From assembly GCA_017523785.1 (NCBI GenBank), contig JAFWVX010000025.1, positions 9,255-73,254 on the forward strand: a stretch of DNA of 64,000 bases, read 5' to 3'. Origin of the DNA: Lachnospiraceae bacterium (GTDB taxonomy: Bacteria > Bacillota > Clostridia > Lachnospirales > Lachnospiraceae). The translations under genes were made by a program, and so were the position numbers. The notes under the pieces were generated by a model. The model saw only the letters and a program-made list of their open reading frames with translations. It was not told the origin of the DNA and made no database searches. The stretch's first letter is position 1. Each line of letters opens with the position of its first letter. Shown piece after piece: positions 57,401 to 61,200 of the stretch.

Positions 57401-58118
57401 AGGAGGAATACAAGTAAATCAATTGGGAGAAATTATTCCTTCTGAAAGTGATGGAAATCAAGATACACCTGGTGCTTGGAACTATGACCCTGCAACTAAT
57501 AATTGGAAGTTTGAATTAATTAATGCAGATGGAAGTAGGATAACATATAAAGATCAATGGATTAGAACTAAGAATGCCCAAGGCGAATCTACTTGGTACA
57601 CAGTTGATAGAGAAGGTAATATGATTACTGGATGGTTAAAGAGTGAGGGAGAATATTACTACATGTCAACTAACCCTAACTCAAGAGGTGAGATTGTCAA
57701 AGGAACTGTAACTATAGATGGAAAGAGTTATACATTTGATGCAGACACAGGTGCTCTTAAGTCAGGGGATGTTCCAACTAAGAACCTAAGTGTATTGGGT
57801 GCAGTAAATCATGTATCGGGAGTAGATGGAACTTGGAAGAAGTACGACACTGGTGAGACTTACTTCGTATCATTCTTCGAGATGCCAGACGGAAGTATCT
57901 TAGAGGTTCCACCATCAAGCTGGTATATGTTAGACGGAAAATATTATTTCTTTGACGAATACGGCATACCTAAGACAGGACTTGTAGTATTTGATGAAAA
58001 ATATTATTACTTCAACACTGACGGCACTATGCTTGAAGGAGGAGAGGTCTTGATTGATGGCATAACTTATGTATTTGACAAAGCGACTGGTGCATGTAGG
58101 ACAATGAGGCTTAACTAA
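39417..58118 (+). CDS. Giant (6233 aa) secreted modular beta-helix surface protein with Pmp-type repeats and C-terminal cell-wall-binding repeats
   Basis: Uninterrupted 18,702-nt ORF with a GAGGAAAG SD. Layout: Sec signal peptide (MKEQFKKLISIILIVAMTITNNGLFVLADS); acidic E/T/S tract; seven divergent modules with many GGAI(Y)/FxxN repeats; two Listeria-Bacteroides-type repeats; a poly-Gly tract; DG-rich short repeats; GW../YYF cell-wall-binding repeats. No LPXTG. Confidence 0.9.
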   Translation: MKEQFKKLISIILIVAMTITNNGLFVLADSVDNIVDQSLSTAQETPNYYYYEETTTVEDYQAYLESENPGVYDEEVETKDYADKSEEDEIESSETFDVEETSKEESDEVEDTSESTENEDEEETTTVREETEKETVNEKGEAATESNAEEIIEQDEEEEIATSSEIETEEVIEENIATESEILPEEENNVENLATESDINKVVATESELEENISTNSEAMIEKEIIVATVSKISWKVKKVLIATFASINVKASETEKERVARLATYANVIIVNDKGDEKIFKVNLKWKLFKKYDVNARSDKQEAPIPKEEWRKTLKVDEFIKDQEEVVVSTRNIALVEERVKEENAKYEDKEFVVKFQNDSETQETTVNPAVEESNENPAENIETIETTVVIDETEGETYEETIETIIETSIEETSNEIIEEATKENEIDEPTVAGFNNSEDIASSSDVEESKEVETEETETEEVETVESQEESESVDQNEEVEIQEELATASTLVEEEISNVDTMTTNGEEISDETIDYYDLQTIYLYKVDVPALGDEIIDIINKENSNVEEKDETEELLEEKPEGIIGGLMKLFGLGSTESNEQNDVEETKEEELETYLENAEVDIIDESRLEPMVAEFDAHLLGSGATHEQHQISVFVNGTVLTPDNIFNSVIGGDESDMLDLSENNRRIKATGSNIFIAGTYYLPSDIKISNQWIVEKNNTLTLCLNGHDVKFATAGCVKGEGRVVVCNCGGSATISTDGPTYNWHDKWYASTSETYTKWNEHSLIAGDEVGVYANDNNITFSNVVIKNQYNGRKAAAQMENTEIDEAELSGDGSILWGKKEIQVYGAKFANNRATRSNGVAVNAQLGKMTLEDCSFVDNRNLTNRGGAVAFNPKATIINNCVFKDNISFTNGGALFGRSYTNSVESVEIGTKISKSTFENNVALIDGGAIFMDYLCEKGVTIEGTEADKVVFKNNYAGASGGAISVRHMRSVDGQEENAYSYEDPTSRGRLLNINYAVFEGNEAKALIINKNTGAISENPLSLKENFGGAINLNSQTIVYRTFPTDSPVKEVNIKNSSFKNNIAKGFKLDIKSKDITGNFTGETLATYYAGNAGGAIYANKLNKINIEDSEFTDNKSMTGANLCIKEASVSFIGGKLLNGKAYNNSYSASEFYKRVVSPGGGAAYLMNDAHLSISKETKIETNENAFYLDGGSIDLGAGTVTGNTGEYLIGYANYKSNRILFSGVDIKDHTFNEMRKDYTSTRSDAATGKRNFKDGYYQTSYISFKGTNLITNNKRNFYTKTGTTYTSKNEEANIVMTASDSNLQMDLSKYLFDVPFTDQDVSQGIGLYYDFDPDPNKDQITAYDRWTYENVKVIDEGGLWTNYFEIDNSSKGEWAENWKFYIEKNEIRMSPHIVQVKFDSYIENVPRIKPQFYNFRKGGGTTLKIATPTEIVRRDIHTPGKTLLGFLGVDKSKDVENTKYDIWDFDKCEIDPSRTDGDVIEIILVYTDDTIKIKPCGCENGKACAHEGVSINHSDRGIGTSEEENRYLNYIEVATYPQLAYKYKGRKTQYVLSKDLRLTGNQAKDYIDGGMVLNLNGKTLTYDTRESNDSHILDTTGTDVMHTANDSKIMICGIATPGAVERGKIVANGTHKGAFIYSNTDVYLSYLDIMNVSAVDGSDKAFIQSADTNINTYVNTKEVTFTNINLKSDLINAGSRVVLSDTKISNAELDGSVVKLRAEANKETAFELLNTDITGLTKANALLGSDLTSPTGTKVRISTSNITNSVFETQLIKLDDSSTGANSELKLQGEVKINGNKLNSGSVFISNAATNGSDVFGVSVDDRIEINNNTLPHSDGVTLLTLYQKSVTFKGDVSLTGNKTVASGRATEKVSAVKAGNNTSVLLDEVAIRVTDNLTKYEWYAENTDGTTQTFEKAIFTQVAGTKLKASDSIIKIRLAVSDEDESQKIYENWSANNIIGEKEAEATFLRDDSYSEDEVEDIYKKGKDEETSDIYMGSTYVAVRYRLYNYKANVDERLDESAGYTQAAIQRVEPDVYTLLDTPQYKFDFSRTSVMWEAFAYRKSDGTYDYSDERLYPEKTTHIGIRSTKSVLVSGYIYNYNNKRHVHEGNIELWTEARNEGHLQATNSFVFLHNDLEITRPLKYKPEKTYHLCLNGHKLIVNNSIEWFKSSTCKLIICDCQKTGSIVQNSGEIASKFINISGGEIDISDITFGPFKNVNNTEFVNVAETVKVNIDNVVVKEINMDNFVKTDNAFINIKTNNLASISNVTFRSNKMLSNDKTNAIFTVDNKSGGSINIDGISLESNEVNADTSKNINGSGYVVKVNGYDRVTLNSPTLKSNKVVLGAPIQINGNSSATSYNKILTMTNVTFEENQKNFVNSMKLEDQAKDGISANYASINFNNIIINGGSFKGNRFNSNAATLAGDDGAVIDLTNYDANLTVKDVMFDGTGTTANDNVFGMLILDKGDDLFENVTITNYNMGSTAYMLLAKGTSNSPAGTYVGRTTFRGTTKFTNNKAKSMVRVENERNDVNNDYEGLLLIDGTTFTNNTANNPKVTGLSGLIEIDSNTIVVASGANIAKTTGIAVYIATSEFRMFNSEISGGLGNDAAVYVKDAGRLVLGDKVIVKDNKINIYLDGDGSINAQIKAMDGHPISATSEIYITVPDIEYNFFNQWGNNYIKNYNYHQGNTYAYLPNDLFKLDAAIASNRKIYIKGDIASGNQELWVSSNQATYEYATLIFFDKDIKGPKEIARQYIKIGQKTKLDRVQVDYISTLSQVWMTEANGDKPEEQTMWRLYSNGQYHDFEVVNYEAGKTYYAYLTKKHVHKICGPDSLVPCGPNHADGIAHTVDYEFLQVGTNDNIIIEASRSNYIGLSNNLTINQAALNSLSNREIVFCINGYTLTFEKDAMLNTSHSFALINCESTGVVTVNENEKTTNSLISASGAGNTFSLYNINFHNFETEASVIKVQNVKTVSENVKFTEIESTAPNGIYDIQSGTVYVENLAFTDNIASGSSLLDLRFGSFTAGKIGNININNNTYTNKLLSLSGTGNMDSIVVNNNTMIEGGGADSYGAIYVANGANITYAHDAVISANDSSINEESKGGALTVYGRLNFNGKMTLEDNKAGLGGAIYVDSTGSLHVTGEAYFRENEAKVGAAIYAKNWSNINFSSVTYDGNRAKTHGVVAFGGNYNRGIATFKNHTRSSRDLIYNINDNGTDSFTIDKETLFVDNTLADSIIYLRNVSSANVEISYLSTGNSVKSFVEIATSSITIDNSVITENTFNDSAFIFNNPITARVASISVYENKITNAVLSVSGGAVEIGNRMTFRDNVPRLGKTKELYVSGKGGYFKATEKITMGKKYLFSAYTNGIKVFEKWNATYIDNYDNPQSKEPGRYMVTPENSDTIKLSDDDKERGLGFYKVGSTDNQDIYIGKEGIDFIQLRFIGPEKDNAVFASQNLEKGKETKLDKVDTLECDLAKQKWVATMSDGTAKTLIFTSTQTASSSDTINILYTRPHLHKICGITRNETCNHTNGASHTEIEYQIVANAAEFASTTNQYVYIKDNITVDSTINLASGIIGICLNGYTLKITGGANSLFNTNNELSICNCKPKGGITTGDEVQEAAIINYTGTSLAVYNVDFFGINTNKSVIKLPNTGTTTLYTENLRFRNNKDLGYDTVIDSVGNNTIYINDVTFADNKNESDNNMLDIDSGYIVSTLSFINNDTHSRLMWFCNSNLVNIKSLIVKNNKITDDSMLAYVDSGAKVNVANDVLFENNIVDGEALLAMDTRIEFAVLGTMSFINNVAKKHAAMEIEDNTTISARNMLFDGNKNLEANNAIVEWSESTLRLDNVVFKNHTNASDILLGNVDNNGTSKIYLSSPSFINNKGIAIKLDGIEDGYITGIKLTKDLNNNFTNVLNIRNSSVSITDFVVKDNNLVNSAVAVSESDKVELKDIEINNNSITTSGASALSLNGNGSILKVKGLISVDGNTSDISLSDNSYLKASGMVSGKSKMSFAINGTTQKVFEGWDKNHIETFGMTASKSTPKRYTYTPENSGLFAAKSPSGYAIYKGGTGDNLSIYAGNRDSYSVLSFIYVDEDYVESTLETQNVIKGATAIDTLLDVVDTFEYELEHQTWYAPNPSTGAHDVKWEFKNDVISNINNDAQIKYVRKHIHRVCGTKYEDTCDHKETNVRHANTVIYVDATSSNPTYWPRSAEYINLLNDIEFNNRLDLENLKGICLNGHKLIVGNMHNNFMSISSELNICDCKHKKTTNGAITIKNGVTLQDSLIYVGSGGTFNAYNINFENITLKDYVDFTTTYTFAIENSNNGTVYLERPVFRGPTEAGENGLLKNRGGASQFKVIEALITDVTLNSPSPLLTLTGSFNISTISVIKNYGYTVPLIKVTDDVSVGSFVLSNNSGSTGQGLISVDEGVTLTLTNNNTFEGNESQGGGVIKVAGTLVAEKDLIFKDNVTVKGSGNGGALYVNATGKVITKGKTKFIGNEAMHGSAIYAENITEEALKNLNEPYFEANTAITSGVVYWSGELRLSTPTIVKHEPYNKTTLKGVRSGIFINEKSGDKLILENPVFADNNIVGNDDSASAIKLHGVVDGSRVVGFDEKSKNNSMNDFIFLEDSDMEISGEINRTSLNNNFKETVISIKNAGKVMLKDLSIEEQTVGNAALYISGAPVSIDGKIRVTSNSTAERIDAKNIYLTDELAYFIASGKEGAVSYIDESSIMDISTSGQKEAKVFEGWNEYNFEHYDKPYVDSSTNKYMYTPENSGIFAVGNDLEEKGYEFFKKGYAGDGDGNGDIYLGTDEKFVKLKYYNDVEEVEDYEEKDGDKEYYGNQNIAKDIPTKLDKVDSQEYEIEKQEWYVGYQSKDTYDHLEKFNPANPQPTIAGVNGVVEEFSTNQEIKYHQFHIHKICGLKLSEECEHEGHADHVGTVEFNDVNTIAELEAATGYAVLVKDLDIANMQRALRLNPGLTGICLNGHTIMGDGRYGLMNIDHAFTICDCKLEKGTGAITSDESFTQAFDVININTSAEVGIYRVRIKDIAFAAGYAVNVEQGNVYIGSLIISECTRVGSNGVIRANANVVIDHLSFESNKISVANPMLRINDKMNIKNLNISENEVEDSIVIVDSNTSLGNLIANSNKSTGRGVININSGKTLTVDYQEYSDNEARLGGALYVSGTYINRDKGLSWNNNIATEKGGAIYIAEGGKINLSQENSFITNQAAEGAAIYAEKLSSTDLGIPKAEFIDNKATSGGVVSFGGELEISDVKFTDTNQSTAFIDNINKNTTIDKAIISSVSFVRNATGGKGITLTNVRNGSKVENITGNDNTLDTLIEFNNVTSGNRVYVTNVTGVSSNTFGGAAISFNNVADAVLNNVTLSGNTSNGFGAMLIYGSNTKVYSVGELRLINNTNTGAYGAAITILDKANLEEDGGLIVTGNRSNQGGAIYLDGTMGVESQGSKPLKVSVNYINSTNDTKNIYVANVNSYVYATGRLSDDTQLGFTAGDVNVTAFKYWNSSYISKIGSTDKFTYTPENCGMFLVDTLSANAKQELYKSGTGNDIVVKLGVNFTKLRFVSADKKTEYLTQNIERGVNTKLDKVLVETVTEKWIAPNKQSASDYKWQFNRSDIVANYSSEEEYIYKLFTYSIVYTGGSKGGSRTYNNIEYGEAVYAIENPFGGDGFKSWKLRNVISGLPREYAVGDLIKNVCQNDGGIAYFDARWSGEVWVKIDPNAERYGLQIEYNAIYDFYGNANSGIRLSATYPYSLGGSYNTYSYNTKPDGSGTSYAVGTTASFNDDVVLYVIWGRGSSPHSGGGGTSGGGGTGGGGGGRGGARISGGTIRPEDLLTGPGVEMAVEPLPVNVGVFTVDEYGNIRDKDQNIVGNIYIGDRVNADGSFTAVNGITVYPNGVIVDMFGNIYNTDGTIITATGNKYFVNGDVMDPTGAIYHPDGSITLPNGVVKDADGIIHYPDGSIMLPDGTTYLVDGTTISPGGIQVNQLGEIIPSESDGNQDTPGAWNYDPATNNWKFELINADGSRITYKDQWIRTKNAQGESTWYTVDREGNMITGWLKSEGEYYYMSTNPNSRGEIVKGTVTIDGKSYTFDADTGALKSGDVPTKNLSVLGAVNHVSGVDGTWKKYDTGETYFVSFFEMPDGSILEVPPSSWYMLDGKYYFFDEYGIPKTGLVVFDEKYYYFNTDGTMLEGGEVLIDGITYVFDKATGACRTMRLN
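41334..56360 (+). repeat. Seven divergent protein-level modules (about 600-860 aa each) inside the giant ORF
   Basis: Module starts are marked by Cys/His motifs at nt 43920, 45738, 47889, 49959, 51921 and 54162; the first module has CLNGH at 41541. Each module has (L/I)C(L/I)NGH/Y, then IC(D/N)C, then GGAI/FxxN repeats, then (V)FE(K/G)WN..YTPENSG(I/L)F..DIY(I/L)G..TKLDKV. Confidence 0.75.
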
Positions 58119-58249
58119 CATTAATATATAGATTATATGTTAACGAATGCAGGCGAAGCTCTTCGCTTCGCTTGTAGGGTTGCCATATAATTGGCAAAAA
58201 AATTTAATAAAGGCAAGAATTAGAGAGGGAATTCTTCAGGGGAAAAATT

Positions 58250-61200
58250 ATGAAGAAGCAATTTAATTTTAAGAGAGTAATTGCAATCACACTAGTGGTG
58301 GCAAATGTTTTTGCATCCACAGGATTTTCTGTGCTTGCAAACAGTGTAGCAAATATCGTATATGATAGTGCTATGAATGAAAAGGAGCTAAAGAACTACT
58401 ATTATCTTTATCAGGAGGAGAAGTATCGCTATGAAGAACAGACACGATACTACGCGGAATATAACGCAGAAGATAATATTAGCGATGAGCTGAAGGAAAA
58501 GGTCAAGAACAGGCTTGATGAAGCTCTAGAGCAAGAAGGGGAAGTTGAAGAAACTACCTCTATTAATGATGCAACCCTTGAAGAAAAAAATGATGAAGAA
58601 ACAAACGATGAAAATTCCCTTGAAGATAATGATAATATAGAAGAGAAAGAAGACGAAGAAGAACCAGAGGATGATAAGACTGAGACTAGTGAAGAAGTTG
58701 TAGGAGAAAACTCTGAAGAAGAAAGCACTACAAGTGCTGAAGAGACAAGCATTGATGAGACTAAAGAAGAGTCTGAAGAGGAAAGCACTACAAGCACTCA
58801 AGAGACTAGTGAAGAAGAGACTACAGAAGAAGTAAAAGAAGAGAGCACTACAGCGACAGAAGAGTCAAGCGAAACAACAGTAGAGACAACCACAATAAGT
58901 GTTGAAACTAGCACAATTAGCGAGACAGACATAGTTGAAGAAGAAAAAGTTGCAAGTGAGAGTGAAGTAGTTGTTGAAGAAGAAAAGGTTGCAACAGATT
59001 CAGAAGTTGAGCATGTTGAAGTAGCTACAGAGAGTGAAGTTGAAAATATTGCAACTGATAGTGAGGCTGAAGTAGCGACTGATAGTGAAGTAGAAAAGGC
59101 AACAAGCAGTGAGTTAGAAGAATTGGTAGCAACAAAGTCAATAGTTGTTATTGCGACGGTTCCAGTTGTTAAATGGGAAATTGCAAAAATTTATTTGACT
59201 ACTTATTCAGAGATTGATTTAGCAAAAGAAGAAGGAAAAGACTCTGATGATTATATCAAGAATAAACTTGCTAAGGCTGCTAAAGTTTTAGTTAAGAATA
59301 ATCTTGGAGAGAGCAAGTTATTAACTATAAGAATTAAGTGGAAATTACAAAAGAAGATAGTTATAGCAACTCGTGCAGAAGCGAGAACTATGCCATTCAA
59401 AAAGTCTAAGTGGAAAAAAGATTTTGGAGTAGGAAAAGTTAATGCAACTACTGAGATAGTAAAAGCAACAAGCGATAAGATAACAGTGGTTGATAATTTG
59501 AAGGAAGAATTGCAGGCAGCACATGGTGATGAAGCCCTAGTTATAATAAAAGTCACAACTGCAAGTATTTTGAATGACAATTTCAAAGTAAAAACCAGTG
59601 TAGTAGAGTTAGATGAAAATAAAGTTGAAGAGATTAAGACTCAAGATGAAACCGAAGCAAAGGTAGAGGCTGAAGAGACTAAAGAGACAGCAACTGAAAC
59701 AGATACAGTAGCTGAAATAGAGATAGTAGAGCCAACAGTAGCAGGTTTCGCTAATTCAGATGTAGCAACAGATTCAGATGCAGAACCTGAGTCAGTTGAA
59801 GATACTATAGAAGAGAGTAGCGATGTAGCAGATGTAGACGACAATGCAGAGACTGAAGACAACGCAGAGAATGAAGAATATGCCGAGACAAACGAGAATG
59901 TTGAGTTAGATGACAATGCAGATACTGTTGTATTAGATGAAGCAACAGCAAGTGAGGCAGATAGTATAGCTACTGTTTCAGATGCAGAAAACATCGATGA
60001 TTCATCTCTTTATAAGGATGCTGCAGCTGGAACTACTGGAACAGATGAAGAAGGTATAAAATTAGATGGAAACTATGATTTATCAGAAATGAGTGTATAC
60101 ACGCCAGATATGGAAGATCTTGTAAATCAAGTATTAAATAAATTAAACGGAACAGATACTGAAGAAGTAATTGAAGAAGAGATAATAGATGATGAAATAA
60201 ATGATGATGAGGATGGAGGAGTTTTGCAATCTATTACTAATTTCTTTGGAAATTTATTCTCAAACGATTCTGACGAAGAGTTAGAAGAAAGTGAGGAGAC
60301 AGAGGAGACTGCGACAGAAAACAATGAAGAAGAAGACATAGTTTTAGAAGAATTAAAAGAGATTAACTTATCAAAACTTGACAATGCAAAACTTGATTTG
60401 AAGGGTGCTGCAAATGAAGTTGAGTTGGGAGAACTTCCTTTGCCAGAAGTTGAGATAAATAAATTTGACTTGTTTGGTTCTGGCTATAATGAAGGACATG
60501 GTTCACCAACTTCAACAAATCGACACCCTATATGTGGACTTGAAGAATCTACTGATGGTTCAACATGTACAGGTCACACAATTGATGGAACAACATTTTA
60601 TCATGATAAATTATCAGGAACAAATACATCTTATAGAGGAATAGAAGTTAGACTTCCTGATTTGGCTAAAAAAGATGCTTCAACTGTCAGTGTAACAACT
60701 GATATGGCGGTAGTAATTTTTAAAGATGCAGGAAAAGATAATTATACATTAAATAGCAGTATAAAAGTAGAAGATGGTGTAAACTTCTACATATGTACAA
60801 ATGGAGTAGACATAGTATTTGCATCTTACAGTAGAATCTATGGTAATGGCAACATTTACCTTTGTAACTGCATGGAAGATGATGCATCTGTTTCAAATAG
60901 AAATGTTTCTCACATAACAACAGAAAATGATTTCACAGTTTATGATAGATATGGACAGAAGTGGCCAGCAACAATGTCAAGACCAAACGAGCAAAGAGAA
61001 GACCCTTTATTCTCGGGCCAAAGTGTCTACATCTACGGAACAGATACTGCAAATAGATGTAATATAATGTTTGAAAATATAAAGATAAGAGGTAACTTTA
61101 GAAACACAATTGCACTTGAACAGATGGAAGATCCAACAATAGTTAAGAACTGGTCTCCTTATCATGGATATGGTTCATTGGTAGATGCAACAACTGATTT

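Noticed and set aside
39205-58181. 11-nt direct repeat CTTGTAGGGTT on both sides of the giant gene as att-like island borders next to the tRNA cluster
   Set aside because: An 11-mer match is expected by chance many times in 64 kb. The motif belongs to the dispersed GTAGGG repeat family. No integrase or recombinase gene is present.
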